A stretch of DNA of 40,597 nucleotides, taken from the IMG/VR virus record IMGVR_UViG_3300043432_000041, positions 1-40,597 of that record; one strand, written 5' to 3'. Positions 18,730 to 26,583 of the stretch are shown one piece after another. Within the stretch, counting starts at the first letter, position 1; every line of letters begins with the position of its first letter. The stretch is from a virus. Taxonomy: Duplodnaviria; Caudoviricetes. A model generated the notes under the pieces. That model searched no databases and was not told where the DNA came from. It was given only the letters and a program-made list of their open reading frames with translations. The position numbers and the translations under genes were made by a program.

Positions 18730-18935
18730 GGGACTTGCTCGACTGCAAATCCTTCATGGGTTTGTGGAATTATAACCTGTTTTTTGAAGTTTGGATGGAT
18801 TGATACACAGAGTTTTCTGACGAATTCGCCTTGGTCGTTGACTGAGGTCTGGACGTATACCGAATGGGCTTGTGGAGGCGCGTTTAGTCGCTGGATGAGT
18901 GACTGTGCTGATTGAATGTAGCGGTTGTCGTCCAT
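18708..18935 (-). CDS. Hypothetical protein
   Basis: 75-aa ORF in a same-strand run. Confidence 0.5.
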   Translation of the reverse strand: MDDNRYIQSAQSLIQRLNAPPQAHSVYVQTSVNDQGEFVRKLCVSIHPNFKKQVIIPQTHEGFAVEQVPWPQSMV

Positions 18936-19111
18936 CAGTATTTTCCGGAATTTTCTATTTTAATCGCGTCCATATGTGCCATAAACTTATAGTTATTCCA
19001 TATTTTATCGAATCCATATTCCACAACAATACTCCAAGGGATAGATCTTCCCAATTTAAATCTCGCTATCCATCTGCGTTTTGAATCTTTTTTCCATCGT
19101 CTATTTTTCAT
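18935..19111 (-). CDS. Small basic hypothetical protein (58 aa)
   Basis: Hand translation MKNRRWKKDSKRRWIARF...IENSGKY; TGATG overlap with the next gene. Confidence 0.4.
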   Translation of the reverse strand: MKNRRWKKDSKRRWIARFKLGRSIPWSIVVEYGFDKIWNNYKFMAHMDAIKIENSGKY

Positions 19112-19198
19112 TGAATCAGTATTTTCCGAAGAAAAAGAAGCTACTTGCCTTATAGATTATAGCCAATGTTAGCAGAACTATGGTTATATCCCAAATGG

Positions 19199-19363
19199 TC
19201 ATTTGGAAGCCTGTCTACCTTGTTTTGCCTTCTTTTCCTCGTCTTGTTTGATCCAAAGCTGAATTAAAGCGTTGTTTTTTATCGCTTCATCAAAGTCGAT
19301 TTCTCGTTCGTATTCCTTAACTTCCCATTTCAGGAAATCATAAACCTTATATCTGAATTTCAT
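19199..19363 (-). CDS. Small hypothetical protein (54 aa)
   Basis: Hand translation MKFRYKVYDFLKWEVKEYEREIDFDEAIKNNALIQLW...; abuts the upstream stop. Confidence 0.45.
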   Translation of the reverse strand: MKFRYKVYDFLKWEVKEYEREIDFDEAIKNNALIQLWIKQDEEKKAKQGRQASK

Positions 19364-19951
19364 TTAGACACCTGATATTCTGAATATCGCTCCATCTCTT
19401 TTATGACGACCGATTACTGACCACTGGCACCCGGTTTCATCAACGAATTCCTGGAATGCCTTTCCTTCGTGTTCCTTGCACCAATCGTCGCGCGTTATTT
19501 CGTCAAATACCAAATAGGCCGGATTGCAATAGTTTCCGACCAAGGCCATCAAACAGAACTTGGTGGAAGAATACAGGTCCGCATCGAAATGAGCAAATGC
19601 CAAGGGACCATAGGCTTGAATGAATGGGATTAAAGTCTCTTGGAAATAGCCGATGATGAGTTGCACGTTATCAGGCAAATCAGTCGGTGGATCGCAGGCT
19701 AGACCACCTTTAGGCACCCTGACATGACCTGCGGCGGTGCGCCATTCTTCGGGTAATCCCTTGAAACTGTCGAAGCCGTAATAGGTTTTGGGAGCGATCA
19801 GCTTGGCGAATTCCCGTGTATAGCGGCCATACTGGACGCCAAATTCGCAGAATACACCATTCTGTGCGGAAGCCTGTTTTATGGCATTCCCGACTTCGAC
19901 ATAGTTATCGAGATTGACGGCAACGGCTTGCATGGCTTCCTCGACTGTCAT
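19364..19951 (-). CDS. TylF/MycF-like class I SAM-dependent (sugar O-)methyltransferase
   Basis: EFGVQYG, YGFDSFKGLPE, GYFQETL, HFDADLYSST and LVFDE motifs. Confidence 0.8.
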   Translation of the reverse strand: MTVEEAMQAVAVNLDNYVEVGNAIKQASAQNGVFCEFGVQYGRYTREFAKLIAPKTYYGFDSFKGLPEEWRTAAGHVRVPKGGLACDPPTDLPDNVQLIIGYFQETLIPFIQAYGPLAFAHFDADLYSSTKFCLMALVGNYCNPAYLVFDEITRDDWCKEHEGKAFQEFVDETGCQWSVIGRHKRDGAIFRISGV

Positions 19952-19979
19952 CTGGCACCTTTATAGGGTGTTAATCGAA

Positions 19980-20177
19980 TTAGGAGGCGATAAACCGATT
20001 TTCATCTGCGCCAACAGATACGACGCAATCCGGCTCATCCTCATAAACAACCAAGCCGGGAGCGATTAGATAGCAGGGGAATTGCTCGGCAAAGCTGGCG
20101 TCTCGGTAGCGTATTCCATCGCATTGATAGCCATTGTCCAAGGCGGTCTCTATTGCGAATTTAAGGGCTTTGTGCAT
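19980..20177 (-). CDS. Small cassette-like hypothetical protein
   Basis: 65 aa, AGGAG RBS, bounded by 27-bp sites. Confidence 0.55.
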   Translation of the reverse strand: MHKALKFAIETALDNGYQCDGIRYRDASFAEQFPCYLIAPGLVVYEDEPDCVVSVGADENRFIAS

Positions 20178-20229
20178 CTTACTCTCCTATGTTCGGTTTA
20201 TTAGGGATCAATGGGGTATTCAACTTTCG

Positions 20230-20490
20230 ATGATTGGCTATAAGCTATTTCGCGTGAGGCGTGACGGTTCTATAGGCCCGCTATTCATCAATCGTCGGCA
20301 GCGCATTGAAATTGGAGTTACGCTAATAGCGGAAGCACACAGAACAAAAGGTTTTGCATATCGTCCGGGCTGGCATGTTTGCTCAAAGCCAATAGCGCCA
20401 CACTTATCGAAAAGAGGAAGACGTTGGTACTTAGTTGAATGTGACGGCATAACTTTATTTCCTCGCCCAGAATCTCAGGGAGGATTGTGA
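20230..20490 (+). CDS. Hypothetical phage protein, inverted relative to its neighbours
   Basis: MIGYKLFRVRRDGSIGPLFINRRQR...GFAYRPGWH; probable start ATG 20230. Confidence 0.6.
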   Translation: MIGYKLFRVRRDGSIGPLFINRRQRIEIGVTLIAEAHRTKGFAYRPGWHVCSKPIAPHLSKRGRRWYLVECDGITLFPRPESQGGL

Positions 20491-20497
20491 TATACGG

Positions 20498-20695
20498 CTA
20501 AGACAATCCGAGTTCTGCGGCCTTTACGGGATCATATTTTTCAATCCCGAGCACAACCCTCCTAACGTATTCAGCCCTCGCGTCTGCCCTCTGTTGCTCC
20601 TTAGACGGATTCTTTTGTGTCCACCATTTCGGCTTCCGTCCTTGTTTTCGTTTTTTGTATTTTCCGCCGTATGCGTATGACATTTCATTCTCCAT
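20498..20695 (-). CDS. Small basic cassette-like protein
   Basis: 65 aa; first ATG supplied by the site arm ATAAACCGAATG. Confidence 0.5.
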   Translation of the reverse strand: MENEMSYAYGGKYKKRKQGRKPKWWTQKNPSKEQQRADARAEYVRRVVLGIEKYDPVKAAELGLS

Positions 20696-20728
20696 TCGGT
20701 TTATTGGGGATCAATCGAATGTGAGATA

Positions 20729-20757
20729 ACCATATAAACCTCAGGTTTAAATGTAAA
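20729..20757 (-). promoter_or_regulatory. Sigma70-type promoter with a palindromic operator in its spacer
   Basis: TTTACA-17 bp-TATGGT on the minus strand; spacer contains TAAACC-TCA-GGTTTA (20735-20749). Confidence 0.6.
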
Positions 20758-20775
20758 GTCACGAATTGTTACAAG

Positions 20776-21300
20776 CTAAGCCCTTGAAATCCTGTAAAAA
20801 GGATGATTTTTGAGATACGGCAAGGATCTTAATCCTACGTTTTTAGCATAGATTTCCCCAAAATCGGTCAGTGCCTTCCAGTAAACATGATAGCGGCCCT
20901 CCGGTAGCATTTCCCCTTCCAGCCGGTATTCAGATTTGGTCCAGGCCCTCCTACCGTCGTAATTCCAAGTAGATCCCCTGAATACCGCTCCATTGCCCCG
21001 CTCGGCTTCGCAGAATGTCACCAATAGGTGTTTATTCCTGTATTTTAATTGCTTACAGCAATATTTGATTAACTGGCTCATTTGCATATTTATTCCAGGC
21101 TTTTTGCCATGAGCTATGAATTCTAGAATATCGAAATGCTGGGGATTAATTAATTTATTAAATACACATACCGCTATTAAATCCTTTTCCAGTACTGCTC
21201 CGAAACAATAATCCGCCGATGATGGTCCTGGCGCGTAATGCCAGCGGTCTATTAAAGGCTTGGCTTCCGCTATGTCGATTTCCAGAAACTTGAAACTCAT
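20776..21300 (-). CDS. Mom-like (GNAT-fold) putative DNA modification protein, divergent
   Basis: AKPLIDRWHY, LIAVCVF and LLVTFCEAERGNGAVFRGSTWNYDG parallel the Mom-family HY...ADxxxGHxGxIYQAxNWxYxG pattern. Confidence 0.55.
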   Translation of the reverse strand: MSFKFLEIDIAEAKPLIDRWHYAPGPSSADYCFGAVLEKDLIAVCVFNKLINPQHFDILEFIAHGKKPGINMQMSQLIKYCCKQLKYRNKHLLVTFCEAERGNGAVFRGSTWNYDGRRAWTKSEYRLEGEMLPEGRYHVYWKALTDFGEIYAKNVGLRSLPYLKNHPFYRISRA

Positions 21301-21596
21301 TTGAGGAATTCGACCAACTGCTCGAGCCGCAGGACGACCAATGGATCCGACCTGTCCTGTTTTATCGCTAGAAAATCGTTTTCCCCTAGTGATTCATAGA
21401 TGAAACCTAGTCTAGCCCTGGATTTGGCTTCCAATATGAACGTTCGTTCTAACCGTTTTATGTGAACATCACCCTTGAAACCCCTAGCCGCGCCAGAGAG
21501 AGGCACCCTGCGTGCGTCCAAACCATGCTGACGTAGCAAAGTGACTATGGACCTTTCAAAACGCTTCCCCTTGGCTCCTGGAGCTTTTCCACTCAT
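21297..21596 (-). CDS. Hjc-type Holliday junction resolvase (PD-(D/E)xK)
   Basis: KGKRFER, RVPLSGA, GDV, ILEAK; probable start ATG 21596. Confidence 0.8.
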   Translation of the reverse strand: MSGKAPGAKGKRFERSIVTLLRQHGLDARRVPLSGAARGFKGDVHIKRLERTFILEAKSRARLGFIYESLGENDFLAIKQDRSDPLVVLRLEQLVEFLK

Positions 21597-21752
21597 AGGT
21601 GTAATCCCATGAATAGACATACTAGAATGATAGCCACTGCCATACAGCTTGCGATCAGGCCCCCGAGAACTATCGAAAACACTTCCACTATGGTTGCGAG
21701 CGTCGGCATGGGCCTGCCCTCCGTTGGTTTTAAATATTAGAGCATTTAAATC

Positions 21753-22424
21753 CTAATTATTTATTAATTCCAGTTGGCGCAGTTTTGGCTTTTGAATGAA
21801 GAAATCATCTTGTTTGGTAGCCTGAGATATTCTCTTACATGAAATATCGAAATATTTCTGTTCTATTTCAATACCTACAAATTTACGACCTAATTCAATA
21901 GCGGCAACACCAGTTGTACCTGAACCCATAAAAGGATCACAAATCAATTCTCCTAATAATGTTGATCTAGCTAATATTTTCCTCATTTGTCCGATAGGTT
22001 TTGGACAAGGATGATCTATTTTTTCAGCACCATCAGTTGCGCTAAAACTGTCCGGTTTTGACCCAGAACCACCATACGGATCTTTACCGTAATAAAGAAT
22101 AGGCTGCCAACACGTAAAACCCCAACTATTTAGGCCACTGCCACAAGGATAATAAATCGACCCGATATGTGTAGGTTTGGGATAATGGAAAAGATGTTTA
22201 ATTCCAGATGTTAAAATTACTCGTTTAGCAAGCAAACGGCATGTTTCAATAACAGGAATAACCGTTGAAATGACAAAATCCTCTGTATCTTCAATTAATC
22301 CATATTCAATGCCAACGCCATAAGGCGGATCTGTTACAACAGCGTCAATATTATCTAACGTAGGCAATATCTCGCGGCAATCGCCCAAATAAAGCGTAAT
22401 ACCTTCTGCAATATCTTCCTTCAC
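21753..22424 (-). CDS. DNA N6-adenine/N4-cytosine methyltransferase (beta class)
   Basis: GDC, VTDPPY, HPCPKP, DPFMGSGTTG, GIEIE. Confidence 0.93.
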   Translation of the reverse strand: MKEDIAEGITLYLGDCREILPTLDNIDAVVTDPPYGVGIEYGLIEDTEDFVISTVIPVIETCRLLAKRVILTSGIKHLFHYPKPTHIGSIYYPCGSGLNSWGFTCWQPILYYGKDPYGGSGSKPDSFSATDGAEKIDHPCPKPIGQMRKILARSTLLGELICDPFMGSGTTGVAAIELGRKFVGIEIEQKYFDISCKRISQATKQDDFFIQKPKLRQLELINN

Positions 22425-22627
22425 AGTTTGCCTTCCTGCCGCATTTGACTTTCGATCAAGACATAGTTCTCACCAAAGAATTCTCTTTGCTTGCGCGCTC
22501 GCTTGCTACGCTGTTGACCTCCGCTTCGCTCGCTTGCTGCTTTGCTCCGTCGCGTCCCTTACATTTTCTCGGTTTCCGCTTTTCGCAGGAGCCGCGCGCG
22601 TAGCAGAGATTGTGCCAACAGGTCGTG

Positions 22628-22942
22628 TCAAGGGCCACTTGTATGGCCACCGTCTTGTTTACCCCTACCGCTTGTGGTTTTGGAAAACTTTCGCGTGGTT
22701 CTTAACACTTTCCACTTCAAATGGCGGCGGCCTTTTCGATCCATGTCCTGAATATTTTCCAGCTGAGTACCGAGCCATAAATGATGGATATTCAAGCAAG
22801 ATGGGTTGTCGCATTTGTGTAAAACGCACATCCCCTTTGGGATTGAGCCATAATGCCATTGCCAGACGAGGCGATGTGCCTTTTTGCCTCCTATAGTTGC
22901 ATACCTGCCGGTATTTCTACCTTTGTTGAATATACAATCCAT
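22628..22942 (-). CDS. HNH endonuclease (homing-type)
   Basis: AHRLVW...[27 protein letters not shown]. Confidence 0.88.
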   Translation of the reverse strand: MDCIFNKGRNTGRYATIGGKKAHRLVWQWHYGSIPKGMCVLHKCDNPSCLNIHHLWLGTQLENIQDMDRKGRRHLKWKVLRTTRKFSKTTSGRGKQDGGHTSGP

Positions 22943-22987
22943 TGATTTGTCCTTTTAGAAAATCAAGATATGGGAATATCAACCCAA

Positions 22988-23503
22988 TTACGATGTTTCC
23001 CCAGAATCCCCAGAGATGGACGCAGCAATATCTTTAATCTTGCGACCATACCATTCGCATCGTTTCTTTAATTCAGGATCGGCCGCAACCATTTTCTTAA
23101 CCTTTTCATAGGCATACATGACGGTCGTATGATCCTTGCTGCCGAAGGCATTACCGATCTGTGGATAACTCTTTGCTGTGTAAACTCTGGCTAAATACAT
23201 GCCCAATTGACGGGCATATGAAATCTGTCTGGTGCGTCTTCCGGACACAACATCTAGTTTCGACACCTCCTCGTTTTCTACTAATAGATGGATGATTTCG
23301 TGAAGGATGCCGGTAGGAGCGACTTTCTTGGCGGCTTCTTGGTGTAAAAAGGCTCTAAGTTGTATTTCGAGGTTTGAAATTCTTAATTCTAGCTTTTCTA
23401 TGTATTTAATGTTATCCTTTTCAGTTGTCTTTGGTATTACCCCGTATTTTAATCTTTCGTGTACCTCGTTATAACTTGTTATTAAACTACCCTCGAAAGA
23501 CAT
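22988..23503 (-). CDS. DnaA C-terminal (domain IV) HTH-containing protein
   Basis: RRTRQISYARQLGMYLAR...SYPQIGNAFGSKDHTTVMYA. Confidence 0.85.
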   Translation of the reverse strand: MSFEGSLITSYNEVHERLKYGVIPKTTEKDNIKYIEKLELRISNLEIQLRAFLHQEAAKKVAPTGILHEIIHLLVENEEVSKLDVVSGRRTRQISYARQLGMYLARVYTAKSYPQIGNAFGSKDHTTVMYAYEKVKKMVAADPELKKRCEWYGRKIKDIAASISGDSGETS

Positions 23504-23510
23504 ATTGCCC

Positions 23511-23837
23511 TCATCTGTTGCGTGTTGCTGTTACAGGTTCACCATTGAACTTCCTCCACCTTGTTATCTTGCGCGGTTTCTTGATGCCCGCATGGACCCT
23601 CCGGACCCGCTTTGATTTGGCGATCCGGGGAATGTCGGTCTGGTAGGTTCTTTCGCTGTCGCAATTGATGCAGAGAACCTCGCAGTTCTCTAGGCTTGGC
23701 TCTCCTCCCAGAGCGTCAGGGATGCGATGATTGTACCGAAACTTGCCTGGATATAGCCGAGCCGAGCAAAACTCACAGGAACCGCCCGCACGGTCAAAGG
23801 CGGCCATTTTAACCTTGGCTGGGAACTCGCGGCGCAT
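23511..23837 (-). CDS. HNH-like endonuclease
   Basis: CEFC...NHRIPDALGGEPSLENCEVLCINC; the last His appears replaced. Confidence 0.75.
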   Translation of the reverse strand: MRREFPAKVKMAAFDRAGGSCEFCSARLYPGKFRYNHRIPDALGGEPSLENCEVLCINCDSERTYQTDIPRIAKSKRVRRVHAGIKKPRKITRWRKFNGEPVTATRNR

Positions 23838-24016
23838 TAATCGTCACCAATTTCAAGCACAGAAAATGAAACTATTTTTTTCTTATGAAACTTGTCTGGT
23901 GGCTTTCCATAACAATTTTGACATAAATAGGTTTCTATTCCTTGATAATAGACAAGTGAAAGCTTGCGGATTTTTCCGCAACAATCACATTCACCAAATA
24001 TTGTCTTGATAGCCAT
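23837..24016 (-). CDS. Small zinc-finger-like protein (59 aa)
   Basis: Hand translation MAIKTIFGECDCCGKIRK...YLCQNCYGK...; fills the gap with a TAATG overlap. Confidence 0.5.
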   Translation of the reverse strand: MAIKTIFGECDCCGKIRKLSLVYYQGIETYLCQNCYGKPPDKFHKKKIVSFSVLEIGDD

Positions 24017-24020
24017 ATAG

Positions 24021-24344
24021 CTAAAGCTTCATTGCGCGGAAATTAGAGGAACTTGTCCGCCAAGCCTCGATCTTCATGGCGGCAGCCTCGCGCATGGCGC
24101 GCAATTCTTCATAGTATCCCGCCGCCTTGGCCATCCGGTCAATTGCAAGAACATATTCCTCTGATGAGAGAGCTTCCCGTTCCTGAGCGCCCACACTCGT
24201 TTCGCAGCTCATTTTCATGGCCAAGGCTTTGTGATGGGAAAGCATCTTTTCGGTCCTGACGGCATCTTCCTTGGCCGCGCCGATTTCCTTGGCGTTGTCG
24301 CGTAGCCAATCCAGGGCCTTTTCCACATCTTCTTCACTTATCAT
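24021..24344 (-). CDS. Helical hypothetical phage protein
   Basis: 107 aa ending KIEAWRTSSSNFR. Confidence 0.6.
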   Translation of the reverse strand: MISEEDVEKALDWLRDNAKEIGAAKEDAVRTEKMLSHHKALAMKMSCETSVGAQEREALSSEEYVLAIDRMAKAAGYYEELRAMREAAAMKIEAWRTSSSNFRAMKL

Positions 24345-24540
24345 CGAATAGCTCCGGAATGAGTTTCTCTATGGCTATGCCGGTCAGCTTGGATATTTGC
24401 GCTGCCCGGTCATAAGGAATGCTGTCCCATTTCTGGATGGCTTGGGCAGTAATTCCTAATCCCAAAGCCAACCTGTGTTTGTTGCCGACGGCCTTGATAG
24501 CTCGTCGCAATCCAATAGATATTTTTTTTTCTGTGGACAT
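24334..24540 (-). CDS. Cro/YdaS-like HTH regulator
   Basis: AIKAVGNKHRLALGLGITAQAIQKWDSIP...IPELF; first gene of the leftward operon. Confidence 0.85.
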   Translation of the reverse strand: MSTEKKISIGLRRAIKAVGNKHRLALGLGITAQAIQKWDSIPYDRAAQISKLTGIAIEKLIPELFDDK

Positions 24541-24550
24541 CTAAAATCCG

Positions 24551-24589
24551 CTTGACATTTGAACTATAGGCTTATAAACCACAAGTTAA
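24551..24589 (+). promoter_or_regulatory. Rightward promoter with two tandem 15-bp operator-like sites in the divergent control region
   Basis: CTTGACA at 24551-24557; TGAACTATAGGCTTA (24560-24574) and TAAACCACAAGTTAA (24575-24589) resemble 20735-20749. Confidence 0.55.
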
Positions 24590-24617
24590 TAAGGAAAGCA
24601 AGCAAAAAGGTAATGAC

Positions 24618-24812
24618 ATGACACCGAGCGAAAAGATCCTGCACAGTTGGCTTAGTCAGGCTTGCGCCCTTTTAGGAGTCGAAGCCCGCGACCATGATGA
24701 AAACCGTTATTGGGATAGTCCAAAACAGCGAAAAGAAATTGCAAAAACAATTCGCAGTTTCATTGTCGCAGCAAATAAGGTTTTGGATAATCTCAAAGAG
24801 GACGCCGCCTAA
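24618..24812 (+). CDS. Hypothetical protein
   Basis: First ORF of the rightward arm; AAGG RBS. Confidence 0.55.
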   Translation: MTPSEKILHSWLSQACALLGVEARDHDENRYWDSPKQRKEIAKTIRSFIVAANKVLDNLKEDAA

Positions 24813-24813
24813 A

Positions 24814-24981
24814 ATGTCCGACATACAAATCTATATCAGCAAGCAATCCCGCGAGCAACTGGAAAAGACCGATCCGGAACTGCTTAACTATCTCGACATC
24901 CTCAATGTGGTAAACCAGCGTGATACAGACTGGCAATGGAGCAACGAACAAGGACCCCCACAATGGCATACCAAACGCTGA
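24814..24981 (+). CDS. Hypothetical protein
   Basis: MSDIQIY...; GAGGA RBS; internal start of track ORF 24694-24981. Confidence 0.45.
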   Translation: MSDIQIYISKQSREQLEKTDPELLNYLDILNVVNQRDTDWQWSNEQGPPQWHTKR

Positions 24982-25127
24982 AGCAGCGCCTAGATGCCCG
25001 CATAAAAGAATACGACAAGGCCAAGAAACAACATCGAAAGCGCAATCATCTGTTCAAGGAAATGAGTTATCTTCTGGTCAAGCTGCTGAAACGTGAAATC
25101 GCACAGGACAAAAGGAAGCCAATATGA
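24963..25127 (+). CDS. Small basic hypothetical protein
   Basis: MAYQTLKQRL...; AAGGA RBS; ATGA overlap downstream. Confidence 0.45.
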   Translation: MAYQTLKQRLDARIKEYDKAKKQHRKRNHLFKEMSYLLVKLLKREIAQDKRKPI

Positions 25128-25516
25128 ACATCGACGATGTATTCCCTTCCAAATATCTCAAAGCCTCCGATCTGAAAGGCCGCTCGGTTGCCGTAGTCAT
25201 TGACTCAATATCGATGGAAGAAATCGGCAATGGCGAAAACAAAATGATTTGCTACTTCGCCGGTAAGGACAAAGGCATGATTCTGAATAAAACCAATGCC
25301 AATAATATTGCGGTCTTATATGGACCGGAAACAGACAATTGGATTGGCAAGGAAGTGATATTGTTTGAAGCAATGGTCGATTTTCAAGGCCGCACTATTC
25401 CCGCGTTGCGAGTAAGGGGACCGCAGCCAAAAGACCAGCCGCGACAAGAACAAGTTACTGCACCTGTAAAGCCGCGCAAAAGTTCTGCGGAAATGAATGA
25501 CGATATCCCATTTTGA
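25124..25516 (+). CDS. Putative single-stranded DNA-binding protein
   Basis: FPSKYLKASDL, LNKTN, WIGK motifs and the SSB-like acidic tail DDIPF. Confidence 0.65.
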   Translation: MNIDDVFPSKYLKASDLKGRSVAVVIDSISMEEIGNGENKMICYFAGKDKGMILNKTNANNIAVLYGPETDNWIGKEVILFEAMVDFQGRTIPALRVRGPQPKDQPRQEQVTAPVKPRKSSAEMNDDIPF

Positions 25517-25748
25517 GGTGATGTCATGCAACTCGGAACCGCCATAGTATTCATCGGCATCTGCTACCTTTGTGTAGTTAGTCCTGGTTTTAGATGGCTG
25601 ACGGCTGCTGTGGTGGTTCTGATTTTTCTAGCGGCGTTAGGATACAAAATATGATGCCTGACAATGAAATTATATATTTGGTTATCCTATTTGGAATAGC
25701 CGGATTATGTGGGATGGCTCTGGAAATGATTGTTAATGGGGACAGGGA

Positions 25749-26582
25749 ATGACTTTTATCATTGCTGAAATCGGTATCAATCATAATGGCTCATTGCAGT
25801 CAGCTAAAGACTTGATCGATGCTTCCAAATGGGCTGGCGCGGATTGCGTCAAGTTCCAGAAACGAACGGTGGATATAGTCTATGCCGGTCATCTTGACGA
25901 CCCGCGTAATAGTCCTTGGGGAAAGACATTAGGCGAGCAAAAACGCGGCCTTGAATTGAGCCGTGCCGATTACGATGCAATCGACAAGCACTGTCGGGAA
26001 ATCAATATGCCCTGGTTCGCCTCGGCCTGGGACGTTCCAAGCTTGGAATTCCTCAAGAAATACGACTGCCCTTACAATAAAGTTGCCTCTGCCATGGCTA
26101 CTAATATTGAATTCATGTGGGCGGTAGCCAAGGAAAACAAACAGACATTCATTTCCACCGCGATGTGTTTATATGAGGATATTGATCGTATCGTTGGCGT
26201 ATTCAGGAAGAACGGCAATTGGGACAAGATAATACTGATGCATTGTGTCGGTACATATCCGGCAGCGGAGCACGATCTTAATCTAAAGATGATACCCGAG
26301 TTGATGAAGCAATATGATCTGCCGGTCGGCTATTCAGGACATGAGGCAAGCGTCAGCCCTTCGGTGATTGCTGTTGCCTTGGGAGCGGTAGCCATCGAGC
26401 GTCATATAACATTGGATCGCGCCATGTATGGCAGCGACCAAGCCGCCAGCTTGGAACCGCATGGCTTCAAAACTCTTGTGGATCAGATCAGGAAAATCCC
26501 ATCAATCATGGGAGACGGTGTTAAACGTATTCTAGATGCCGAAAAAACAGTTGCGAAGAAACTGAGATATTGGGAATCCTGA
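25749..26582 (+). CDS. neuB: N-acetylneuraminate/nonulosonate synthase family protein without a C-terminal SAF domain
   Basis: IIAEIGINHNG, VKFQKRT, MHCVGTYP, GYSGHE, IERHITLDRAMYGSDQAASLEP. Confidence 0.93.
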   Translation: MTFIIAEIGINHNGSLQSAKDLIDASKWAGADCVKFQKRTVDIVYAGHLDDPRNSPWGKTLGEQKRGLELSRADYDAIDKHCREINMPWFASAWDVPSLEFLKKYDCPYNKVASAMATNIEFMWAVAKENKQTFISTAMCLYEDIDRIVGVFRKNGNWDKIILMHCVGTYPAAEHDLNLKMIPELMKQYDLPVGYSGHEASVSPSVIAVALGAVAIERHITLDRAMYGSDQAASLEPHGFKTLVDQIRKIPSIMGDGVKRILDAEKTVAKKLRYWES

Positions 26583-26583
26583 T

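Larger units (their letters stand above)
19954..20720. repeat. Array 1 of 27-bp sites (19954-19980, 20191-20217, 20694-20720) flanking small ORFs
   Basis: GGCACCTTTAT-AGGGT-GTTAATCGAAT; GTTCGGTTTAT-TAGGG-ATCAATGGGGT; ATTCGGTTTAT-TGGGG-ATCAATCGAAT. Confidence 0.8.

Noticed and set aside
20481-20507. Possible extra 27-bp sites at 20481-20507, 22439-22465 and 9057-9083
   Set aside because: They lie at gene junctions but are too degenerate to count by eye. The first is also a GGATTGT/ACAATCC hairpin between convergent genes. A PWM score is needed.
20694-20760. Canonical XerC/D dif site
   Set aside because: Neither the 27-bp sites nor TTTAAATGTAAAGT has the dif geometry (ATAA-N6-TTATG). The latter is better explained as a -35 box.
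23160-23168. Perfect DnaA box (TGTGGATAA) inside the DnaA-domain gene, and another at 14060-14068
   Set aside because: These are isolated copies inside coding sequence (the first encodes part of SYPQ), with no cluster or adjacent AT-rich unwinding region, so they are compatible with chance.
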